Below the pieces are notes generated by a model, which was not told where the DNA came from, searched no databases, and saw only the letters and a program-made list of their open reading frames with translations. Source: Piromyces finnis finn (lineage: Eukaryota > Fungi > Neocallimastigomycota). From it: a stretch of DNA of 64,000 nt. Each line of letters begins with the position of its first letter. The first letter of the stretch is position 1. The position numbers and the translations under genes were made by a program. The stretch lies in assembly GCA_002104945.1 (NCBI GenBank), contig MCFH01000079.1, forward strand, positions 124,001 through 188,000, read 5' to 3'. Positions 25,880 through 38,079 of the stretch are shown piece by piece.

Positions 25880-28408
25880 ATGTCGGCAGCCCAAACTCTT
25901 CAAAGACAATTTAGAGGTAAATTACTTTAAACGAAAATATAATAGTTGACATATATATAAAGTTATAATAAAATATTAACTTTTTTTTTTTTCTAATGAA
26001 TGATTTTTATATATATTTATTTTAACTATGGATAATAAAGAATTTCAAAAAAATCCACTCCCAGGTTTTAATGTAAGATGGTTTTTTTAAAAAAAAAAAA
26101 GAAAAGGTTGATTAAGGATTATATAATATTAATACAAAAATGAATAAATAATAATTTTTAGGTTGAATTAAAAGAAGATAATATTTTTGTATGGGAGTAT
26201 GTATTATGTATTATATACTATATTTTAAAATATAAATAAATGTTTTTTTTTTCTATTAATAAATTAGTATATGAAAATCTAATTGTCTATTAATAATTAA
26301 TCTTTAAAAAAGTATTGGAATTTTTGGTCCACCAGATACTATCTATGAAGGCGGTTATTTTAAAGTGAGTTTATTTTATATAGATAATCTTTTATTATTA
26401 TGTTTATTAATTATTTATTTATATAGATAATCTTTTATTATTATGTTTATTAATTATTTATTTATATAGATAATCTTTTATTATTATGTTTATTAATTAT
26501 TTATTTATATAGATAATCTTTTATTATTATGTTTATTAATTAATTATTTATATAGATAGTCTTTTATTATTATGTTTATTAATTATTTATTTATATAGAT
26601 AATCTTTTATTATTATGTTTATTAATTAATTATTTATATAGATAGTCTTTTATTATTATGTTTATTAATTATTTATTTATATAGATAATCTTTTATTATT
26701 ATGTTTATTAATTATTTATTTATATAGATAATCTTTTATTATTATGTTTATTAATTAATTATTTATATAGATAGTCTTTTATTATTATGTTTATTAATTA
26801 TTTATTTATATAGATAGTCTTTTATTATTATGTTTATTAATTAATTATTTATATAGATAGTCTTTTATTATTATGTTTATTAATTAATTATTTATATAGA
26901 TAGTCTTTTATTATTATGTTTATTAATTAATTATTTATTTATTATATCTTTTATTTAAAGGCCACCATGAAATTCTCAGAAGATTACCCATTTAATCCAC
27001 CATCATTCACCTTTAATAATCCATTCTATCATGTAAATATTCTTTAAAATAGGCATATGGAATAAAAAAAAAATATTAATAATAAATAAAAGAAAAAATC
27101 ATTTTTCTTGTTTATATGGATATCAAAGTAATTATATTAATCAATATCTATTGTTTTAATTAATATTAAATTCTATTTATTCAAACAATTGCTATTTTAA
27201 ATAGCCAAATGTGTAAGTATTTATGAGAATTTATTTAGTAATGAAAAGATAAAATTTTATATGTTCATATTTAATAATGATAATATCTCTATTAAATATA
27301 ATTTATATTTCCTATTCACGTTATTATCAGTTATACTGATGGTCGTTTATGTATTTCTATTTTACATCCACCAACACCAGATCCAATGAGGTAGAGTATC
27401 ATAAGTAAATATCATTCATTAATATATTAAATCTTTTTTTAATTTTACCTCTAAAATAAATATATAGTGGTGAACGTCCAGAAGAAAGATGGAATCCAAC
27501 TCAATCCGTTGAAAGTAAATATAGAAATAGAAACTTTAATGATCAATAGAAAAAAAAGAAGAAAAAAAAAAAGAAAAGAAAAAAAGAAAAATTATTATAT
27601 TTAATAGTTTGATTATCTAATATTTTTTGAAAATCAATAATGAAATTAAATATTATAAATTTCATAATTCAAAAACAGGTATTTTACTTTCTGTTATTTC
27701 ATTATTAACTGATCCAAATGTTTCATCACCTGCTAATGTTGATGCTGGTGTAAGTAATTCATAAATTCATACAAATCAGCACTATAGCCAAAATATATTT
27801 TATATATATTTTACTAAAAAAAAAAAAAAAAAAAGGAAAAATAAAATATACGATCTAAATGTATATATATTGACATGTAATTTTTTTTTTTTACCTTTTT
27901 CAGGTTATGTACAGAAACGATAGAAAACAATATGAACAAATAGTCCGTGAAGAAGTTGAAAGATCAAAAAGAGATATTCCAGAAAATGTTACTGTTCCAA
28001 AATCAGGTTAATTATTTTTTTAATCAATAGTTGTTGCTGTTGTTGTTGTTGTTGTTGTTGTTGTTACAATCAATAATATTTGAATAAATAAATGTTTTTT
28101 TTATTATTATTATTATTAACATTTTAATTATTATACTTTGTTTTATTTTCATCTCTATCGATATTAGCGGAAGACTTTATAGTAAAAAATCAACCAGAAA
28201 TTGAAGAAGATGAATCTTTCTGGTATGATGATGAAGTTGATGAAGTAAGTGATGATGATAACTATTTATAAATTTTAATATTTATTCCTATCCTATTAAC
28301 TATATTAATGCTGATACTGATAATGATGTTATAATTAATATTATTAAATAAAATTAAAAATAAAATTAAAATTAGGAATGGGATGAAGATTACATGTCTG
28401 ATGAATAA
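25880..28408 (+). CDS. CDC34: Ubiquitin-conjugating enzyme E2, Cdc34/UBE2R type, 12 exons
   Basis: The spliced translation has GPPDTIYEGGYFKA, DYPFNPP, HPNVYTDGRLCISILHPP (catalytic Cys), an acidic loop insert, ERWNPTQSVESILLSVISLL, PANVDA and an acidic tail FWYDDEVDEEWDEDY. Confidence 0.92.
26374..26938. repeat. Intronic minisatellite, 13 x 43 bp
   Basis: TAGATA recurs at 26381, 26424, 26467 ... 26897 with an exact 43-bp period, inside CDC34 intron 4. Confidence 0.97.
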
Positions 28409-30087
28409 TTTATAAACTAGCATACCAAAATATAATCCATATATATATGTTTATATCTATGTATGTGTATATGTTCAAAAAAAAAAAAACACCAAGTCAG
28501 CAACACAACAAAAACTATAATGAAATAAAATAAAAAAAAAAAAAGGAACAAAAATATATACTAAAAATAAAAAAAAAAAAAAAAAAATGATGATATATAA
28601 AATTAAAATAGTTTTATTATTTTAGTATTTTATACTTTTTTTTTTTTCCTTATTATTAATATTTTCCATTTTGATTTTTTTTTTTAATTTTATATTTTAT
28701 ATCTCTAATGTTTATTAAAATTTCACTTTATTTCTTCTTTTTTACTGCTTTTTTTTTTTTATTATTTTTCTTATTATTATATTTAAGAAAAACAAATAAA
28801 TAAATAAATAAAAAGTTTTTAAATGTTTTTCTTACTTTTTTTAAAAAAAAAAAAACTAAACTAAAATTTTAGTGTGTATGATTGAAACCTTTCTTAAAAA
28901 AGACCATTTTTTAGGGAAAAAAAAAATCTTTTAAAGGCGTTTATTAAAAGAATGTTTAACCTTTATAATAAACAATGAATATGAAAAGAAAATAAAAAGT
29001 AAAAAAAAAAATAATAATAACTGTTGTTGTTATTATTGTTGGTGTTGTTGGTGGTGGTGGTGTTGTTGTTGTTGTTAATAAAATTATAAACCTTTTTTTA
29101 TTTTCCCCTTTTACACACCCTTATACTTTTAAAAGATTAAAAGTATATTTGAATTACACAGCCAGCGCTGTTATTTTTTTTTAAATTAACTAATTATTAC
29201 TATTAATATAATTAATTTATTTATACATATTATAATATATTGCAATATATTGAAATTAAATTAATTTTTAATTTTTCAATTTACAAAAACTATTTTTTAA
29301 AAAAAAAAAAAACTTTGAAAGTAAAGGAAAAAATAAAAAAAAAAAAAAGGGAAAAGTGATTGTATTATAAAGTAAAATAAAAAAAAAAAATAAATTTAAA
29401 AAAAAAAAAAGTGTGTATATATAGCACATAAGCATATATATACATATAAATATAAATAAGAAAGAAAGAAAAATATTTTAAATTTATTTTATTTTCTAAA
29501 TACACAAAAAACTATCAAGAAAAGATATACACCTACCAGAGTATATACTAATTTGTATAAAAAAAAAAAGAGGGAAAATAATAAAAATAAAAAAAAAAAT
29601 AAAACTAATAATTTTATTGAATATATTATTATTTGAAATTCAGAAATATATCCAAAAGTTAATTATAATAATTATCTTTATGTTATATAGTTGTTGATAT
29701 ATATATTTTTATATTTAAAAATCAGATTTCAAAAAAAAAAAAAATTATATTTTATTTCAACAATTAAATTTTTCAATTACTTAAAAACAAACAAAAATTA
29801 TATAGTTTTTTTTTTATTATTATTATTATTTATTTATTCTTTTTGGAGATATACACAATACCATAATTAAAATAACTAATTGTTAATAAGGTAAAAGAAA
29901 ATAAATATATAAATATTGAAATTATTTTATATATAATTAATGAAATGTAATTATTACTATAAAAATGTACATTTTAACAATTAAATTATATAAAAATAAT
30001 AATTATATTAATATTTTTTTTTCTTACTTCATAATAACAATACATATATATATGTTATGTATATTGTTTCTTTCGTAATACCATTTA

Positions 30088-30194
30088 AAATATACTTTAT
30101 TCATCCTTTACTGGATAAAATTTAATACAAATAATATTAAAAATATACTTTATGCATTCTTTACTGAATAAAATTTAATACAAATAATATTAAA
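30088..30194. repeat. 53-bp tandem duplication just upstream of the lipase ATG
   Basis: AATATACTTTATTCATCCTTTACTGGATAAAATTTAATACAAATAATATTAAA and a 3-mismatch copy. Confidence 0.85.
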
Positions 30195-30201
30195 TAGGAA
30201 A

Positions 30202-32406
30202 ATGGCAAACAAAAAAATAGTAGCCATATTTATTTCATTTATACTAGTAATACTTTGTTCTAAAGTCAATGCAAAAAATAATTCAAGTATATTGGATAAC
30301 TTTGAATATATACCAAAAAGGGGTTATCTAATGAATAATTTTGAAGATTTAAAACTTGATTTTAAAGAGTCACTAGAAAAGCTTAATAACAATAAAACAA
30401 AAGATGAATTGGAAAAGACAAAACTCTTTAAAACAATAAATATAGCAACTCCTCAGCTATGGTTAGACCAGTGGAAATTGAATAAAAATAATGAACTTTT
30501 AAAAAAATATAAAAAAATAATGGCTATACCTGACCCAAATAATAATAACACTATATATCAATTATTAATAATGAGTAGAAATGCCTATGTCCCACCAAAT
30601 AGTGGTGATTGGGTAGATTTAGAAGAATATGGATGGAAAATTGTAAATAGCAACTCTTTTATCCCACCATTAATATAGTATAATATATATATATATATAA
30701 ACTGTTATCAACATCAAACAATTTTTATTTATTATTTATATAAAACAAATATTCATATAAATGTATATAATGTATATATATATTTACCTATAATTATACG
30801 ATTAGCAATATCCATTTGGTTGGAATTCTGACCCAAATGAAAAAACTTCAAATCGTGTCAGAGGTTATATCTTTAAAAATGAAGAAAAAAAAATAATAGT
30901 TATATCTATAAAAGGAACATCTGCTGGATTGTTTGGAATAGGAGGACCAACAGCTGAATATGATAGATTAAATGTAATTTCCATTTTTATAAAAAAAAAA
31001 AAAAAACATTTATAATTTTTACTCGCCATAATTCCATAATATTAATATGATATAAATATATATACTTATTTTAAAAAAAAAAAAAGGATAACATGATGTT
31101 TTCATGTTGTTGTGCATATGTGGATGCAAGTTGGTCATGGTCAAAAGTATGTAATTGTCATTCAGGTATTACAAATACCTGTGAAATGAGTTGTTTAAAA
31201 AAAGAGGCATTAAACTATGAAAATAGTTATTACAATCAACTTATGGTAAATTTTAAATATATATATTAATAATAAATGAAAATTATATATAGATTAAAAA
31301 AAAATAGATAAATATTAATGGTATGGTGTGTAATATACTACTACAATTTAATAATAATAGGATATTTATTACAAGTCAGATAATATTCAACAATTACGTT
31401 TAGAAGGATATGAAGTCTTTTTTACTGGTCATTCCTTGGGAGGAGCTTTAGCCTCTCTCTCTGGTTTATCAATATTAGCACCTGTTGTTACTTTTGAAGC
31501 ACCAGGTGAAGAACAATTTGCTAAAAGAATTGGTATTGTTGATAGAAATATAGCTAAAGAAAAGTATAAAGAATTACCAATTTTCCATTTTGGAAATAAT
31601 GGTGATCCAATATATACAGGTAAATGTACCGGTATTACCAGTACATGTTACCATTCTGGTTTTGCCATGGAAACAAAATGTCATGTTGGTAGAATGTATA
31701 TGTTTGATCTTGACAAGAATCATGGTAAAGACCCTGCTGATGATAAACCTGACGATGATAAGCATGATGATGACAAACCTGCTGATGACAAACCTGATAA
31801 TGATAAGCATGATGATGACAAACATGATAATGACAAACCAGAAAATGATTATTCAAACAAAGACCCAAATAAAAATATAAAAGGTTTGTTTTTTTTTTAT
31901 TTATTTATTTATTTATTCTTAATTCATTCATTATTCTATTAATCTAAAGTAGTTGACTTGATAATGCAATCAACAGTCTAATTTAACTTTTATAAAAATT
32001 TTAAAAAAAAAATTTTTCTTTTCATACAGGAAAAAATAATTATACCCCAATATCATCATCCTCATTCTATCGTAAATCGAAAGAATCACCAATATTTTTA
32101 ATTAATAAATCTAGTATTGATGAACATCAATTCCAACTCTTTTCAAAAAGATTATATGAAAAAGAAGAAGAAAAAAATTTATTAACAAATAATGTAGAAT
32201 CATCCTTAAAAACACCAACAAATCCAGGTAAATTAAATATGTTACATCATCGTGTTGATTATGTTATTAATTTACTTAAAAAATGGGAAGGACCATGGCC
32301 AGAAGAATCTATTCAAGATTCTTGTATTGATTGTGATAATTGGGAATTTCAAGAAGGTGAAGGGGATGAAGGACGTACAGATCCTATACCTCCAATGAAT
32401 CATTAA
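30202..32406 (+). CDS. ATG15: Atg15-type class 3 lipase; exons 30202-30642, 30806-30973, 31087-31245, 31361-31883, 32030-32406
   Basis: N-terminal hydrophobic anchor, IVISIKGTS, DNMMFSCCCA, nucleophile motif TGHSLGG (GHSLG at 31427-31441), VTFEAPGE, CHVG and a C-terminal HHRVDYVI...CIDCDNW. Confidence 0.9.
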
Positions 32407-32624
32407 AAAAAAAAGTTAAAATTTTAAAAAATTGGAAAAAAAAAAGTATTGTTGATATAAAATAATAATTTAATTTTATATATATATATATTATATTAAA
32501 AAAAATGTAAATAAGTAAAACTAAAATAAAAAAAAAAAATAATAAAAAATAAAATTAAATATTTTTTTTTTAATATTCCTAATTCATATTATAATTTATA
32601 TTTTAAAAAAAAAAAAAAAAGATG

Positions 32625-32667
<43 letters not shown>

Positions 32668-35600
32668 TAGAGTAGTAATAATAATAATAATAATAATGGT
32701 AGAGAAATTAAGAAAGAAAAAAGAAAAAAGAAATAAAAAAGTTAAGGATAACTCAAGATGAATAATAATTATAATAATTTAAATAGAATATTTAATAAAG
32801 AATCGACACTATTAAAAAGTTACTTTTATATTATAATAACAATTAAATATCAATGAATTATTTTATCTTTTTTTTTTTTACTTTTTTAAATAATTTTATA
32901 GATTTTTTCTTTTATATAAAGTAGAAATATTATTCTATGAAATATGAACTATAGACGAAATCTGTATATATATATATTGATTTAACAAAAGCATTATTTT
33001 AATACTTTTATTATTAAATTATATATGAAGAATTAATAAATAACTTTATAGAGTTTTTTTTTTTTATAACCTTTCTTTTATCTTTTACCATTTATTTTTA
33101 TTTAATAAAAAAAAAAAACTTTACGATTCTATAAAGGGTTTAAGGTATTTTGTTTCAATAAAAAAATAACAACCTACAACACCATCCTTAACTTTTTAAA
33201 TTTTTTCTTTTTTAAAATTTCTCCAAGTTCGTATTTAAACTTTTATAATTTAGTAATTCTTTATGCAAAAAAAATAAAATAAAAATAAATAAAAAAATGT
33301 CGTTAAAATAAAAACTAAAATTAACACAACCTATCAATAATTATAATTTTAACATGGATCACTCTAGATTTATTACAGTATGTTTATATACTAATAATTG
33401 TGTATATAAAACATTGATTATTATTTATCTTTTTAATAAATTACATATGCGTATATGCGTAATTTCCTTGATATTTTATTTCATATTTTCTTTTTTTTTT
33501 TTAGTATTAAAAAAAGAATAAAATGAATTGATTATTTTTTTTTTTTAATTAAACTATAAATAATAATTATAAAAGTAAATAATATTAAAATATTTCATAA
33601 ATTAAAAAAAAATAATAATTTAACTTTATTTAAATTAATCTGACTTTGAAAAATTAAAAATTAAATAAGAAAAAAAAAAAGGTATACCCAAAAGAAAAAA
33701 TAAAAAGCTTATTTTTTTTTAATGCTTATTGTATACTTTAGTCAATGGTCTCGTCTTTTTTTAAGAAAAAAAAAAAGGGACAAATATATCTTTTTCATCT
33801 TTTTTTTTATTTATTTTTTCAGTAAAAAAAGTCATTGACCATCACATGTTTAATTAACATTAATTTATGCTGAACTATTTTAATAAAACTTTTTTAATTA
33901 AAAAATTTATTAAGATGTTTTTAATTAAATTGTACATTTTAATTATATTGTTGCAATATATTACAATATAATATAATATATTTTAATTTTATTTATAATT
34001 TTTTTATATTCAGCAGAATTTTAATCATCAATCCAACCTTTTTAAAAAAGTAAAAAGAAAAGAAACATACCCATGAACAATGAACAATAAATAAATGATT
34101 TTTTTTTGTTATTTAAATAATTTTAAATAATTCTATTTATTTAACTTTTTATTATATTATAATATATTATATTATATTAAAAATTTTTTATTTAAAATTG
34201 ATGATGATTCATAAAGGTAACTTTTAAAAAAAAATTCATATTTTTGATATTCATTCTTTCTAGGATATTGAAAGCTTTTTTTTTTCTCAATTCTAATTAT
34301 TTATTTTTTATCTTGTTTATTACTCATTTCTTTCTTTTTTTTTTTTATTTGTATAAAAGAGAAATAATGTAGATTTAAAAAAATACATATATATTGAAAT
34401 GAATCCCTTTTTTTAATTTCATAAAGTTTTTTTTATTGTTATTATTAAAATTAGAATATTTATACTTTTTAATTGCTTGTATATTATAATATAATGAAAA
34501 AATACTTTATTAATCTTTTTTTTTAATTAAAATAGAATATATTAATGTGTTTTTTTTTTTTTTTTTTTTTTTAAAAATTGAAATAAAATAAAATAAAATA
34601 AAAAAATAAAGAAATTTAATTTAATAAAAAAAAAAAATTAAATATTTTAATATATAAAATATTAATAAATAAAAATTTTTTATATTAATTTTTTTTATAT
34701 ATAAAAAAATAATTTAATTATTCATTTGTAACATTCATTTATTTTTGGGATTTTTTTTTTATTTTATTTTAATTTTTTTTTTTTTTTAATTTCTTTTTTG
34801 TATTTCTTTTTATTTTGTAAAAAAAAAAAAAAACTCTAATACTTCAGTAGAATTACAAGATAATATAAAAAGAAACTCTAAAATATTGTAATAAGAAAGG
34901 AAGAAAGTGTGGAGGTGAATACCAAATATTATTTATGGAATATCTAAAAATTATTTTATAAAAATTTAGATTTTTTTTTTTTTTTTTAATAATATTATCG
35001 AACATGAACAATTCATAAAAGTCAACTTTACAAAAAAAAATACGTGTAGAAAAATATATTTTTGGAAAAGTTAAAAAAAAAAAGGAAAGGAAAAAAGGAA
35101 TATAATATTATAATAATATGATAAGGATAAATGGGGCATAGATATTTTTTTTTTTAAAAAAAAAAAAAAAGACACTTGGTATATCACTTTAATAAATGGA
35201 TAACTAATTATATTTAATTCAAAAAAAAAAGTATATATATATAAAAAACGAAGAGGAATGAGAAAATAAAAAATAAAAATAATATATTTATTTATATGAA
35301 TAGTGTTGGGATATATATGTATAAAAAAAAAAAAATCAGCTAATGAAATTTTCATTTTATTTCTATCAACTATTTTATTAATTAATGATTAAAAATCTAA
35401 CAGCGATGAAAAAAAAAAAAAAAAAAAGAATTGATTTCTATAATTGATAGATGGATAAGTAGATAGGATCATATAGTACACTAAATAAAATTATTATTTT
35501 CAAAAAAAGGTCACATATGTAATGATAAAGGACAGTGATCATTTTACAATTTTACAATATTGCATTGAAATTGAAAAAAAAAAAAGTTTTACAATATTAA

Positions 35601-35903
35601 AATTAGATTTGGTAGAAAATTATATTAATTAACAAATAATTCAACTATTTTATTTTATTTGTAATTTCTAGTTATTAATATTTTATTATTTTAAAATATA
35701 TATTCATTTTAAAAATAATCTTTTTTTATGAAAAAAGTAATTGTGGACAACATTAATAAATTCAATTGTTCAATAGATATATACCAATCTTTATAGCAAA
35801 AAAAAAAAAAACGTTCAATTTTGTTAAATATATATATATATTTTTTTTCTTTTAATTCAAAATATTTTATTTTGTGAATACCCTTAGAATATTATAAAGC
35901 AAA

Positions 35904-38079
35904 ATGTTAGCCAATGAAACTGTACAAGATAAATTAGGTGAACCATTATCACCTTCTAAAACTACTAAAAAGGAAATGATTCAAACTTCAAATAGTGGAA
36001 ATAGAGAACTTCCATTACAAGAAGATCGTATGAGAGAATCTGATTATCATCCATTATCTTATAATGACCATTATAATAATTATGAATATAGAGACCGTTA
36101 CCGTTCCTACAGTGGTAGTCGTCGTCCATTATCTCCATATATGTCAAGACACAGTCGTAGTAGAGGCAGAGATAGATCCTACTCTCCAAGACGTCGTCAC
36201 AGCTCACGTTCTTCCTACAGTAGAGATGATAGTAGAAGAAGAAGTAGAAGACGTTCATTCTCTCGTTCTCCAATGAGACGTAGAAGTCATAGCAGAGGTA
36301 GTTACTACAGACATCCATATCACCCATCTATGGATCGTGGAAGATACGATAGAGATTATAATCGTCCAAGAAAGGCAAGATACATTGAACGGTAAGATAT
36401 ACAATTAATTTTTTATTTTATTTTTACTTCAATCCTTTTTTATTTTTAGATAATATATATAATTGTTGAGGAAGGAACAAGAGGAGATATATATATATTT
36501 TACGCAATCCATATAATAGTTACGTTGTGAGGTGATAAATTGGAAGAAAGGGAAAAAAAATGGGAAGGGATATAGATGGATGATATATTTTATTATTTTA
36601 ATTTTTATAGAATAATAGAATAATATAGATAAAAATGAAGAATATAGGTTTAAAAAAAAAAAAGGAGGAATAAAATAATAAAATAGCTAGGTAGATAGTT
36701 TGAATTAAAATAGATAGAAATATATTTGGAATAAAAGTATATATAGAATATATATAGTTTATAGATTATTGGTGAGGATGAATGGAAGGCAGAATAAAAA
36801 TGTATTGAAGCTATAAGTAAAAAATAGAGAGAAAAGATGATGAACTAGAATTTTTTTATGAAAAAAAAATTAAAAAAAAAAAAAATAACATCAATAGATG
36901 CATTGAAAAGGTTCATCAATAGAGATGTATTTTTATGAAACATGGATTAGAATATATAGAATAGAATTTTTAAAAATGAAAAAGATGCGAATTAAGAGGA
37001 TAAAAAGATGTATTTGAGTTTTTTGGAGGTTGGAAAGTATTGGTGTTGATATTATTAGATGATAAATTGATAAATGAAGGATGTTGAAGTAATGAAAAAA
37101 AAATATAGAGATAAATAGGTTACATAGAATGATGAATTTAATATTTATTAAAAAAAAAAAAAAACAGTAAGATGTCAACCTTTTTTTTTATTTAAACTTT
37201 TAATTTTTATTTTCATGAACAAAAAAAAAAAAAAAAAAAAAAAGCACTTTGTTTCTCCCCTTTAATAAATAATAGATAGTTAAAAAAAAAATTGATTGAT
37301 TTATAGACATAATATTAATTATTTGTATTTTTCTTTTTTAATATCCCTATCTTAATAATATTTTTTAATATTTAAAATATATATATAGTGGTACTGAAGA
37401 AGATAGAAAAACAACTTGTAATATCTTTATTGGTAATTTACCCTACAGTTACACTGAAAGAGATATTGCTGATATGTTTGAACAATATGGCCGTTTAAAG
37501 AGAAGTACGCTTTTATATATATATTGTTATTATTATTGTTATTATTATAATGGATGAATATCAATAAAAATATTTATTTTTTTTTTTATTTTATATATTC
37601 CTAATTAATAGTTACTGTTCCACTTGATAATCGTACTCATAATAATAAAGGGTAAGTTATTTTATTTGAAGATGAAAAAAAAAAAAAAAACTTATTGAAT
37701 TATAATGATTAATAATGTATGATGATGTTGTTGATGCTGAATCTCATAAATATTCATTTTTTTTTCTTCAATTTAATAGTTTTGCCTTTGTAGAATTTGA
37801 AAATAGAAGAGATGCTGAAGATGCTTATGATAAATATAGAGGATGTGTAAGTAATTTTTAAAATGAAATTTAAAATTTCTATTTTATCTATTTAACAAGT
37901 AGTAATAAATTTTTTTTTTTTTTTCAATTTTCAATATATATATATTTTTTTTTAACTTTTAGAATTTGGGTGGACGTGCTATTAGAATTGATTGGGATGT
38001 TGGTAAGGAAAAGAAATTTAATAACTCCGAAAGAAGAAATAGTTCAAGAAGCAGATCAAGGGAACCTTCCTACCGTTAA
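35904..38079 (+). CDS. SR-type RNA-binding protein, RS-RRM-RS arrangement (Tra2-like); exons 35904-36391, 37389-37504, 37612-37651, 37780-37846, 37963-38079
   Basis: RS-rich N-terminus, RNP2 IFIGNL, RNP1 KGFAFVEF, GGRAIRIDW and a short RS tail (SRSRSR). Confidence 0.88.

Noticed and set aside
26374-26938. CRISPR-like reading of the 43-bp array
   Set aside because: The units are head-to-tail with no unique spacers, lie in a eukaryotic intron, and have no cas genes nearby.
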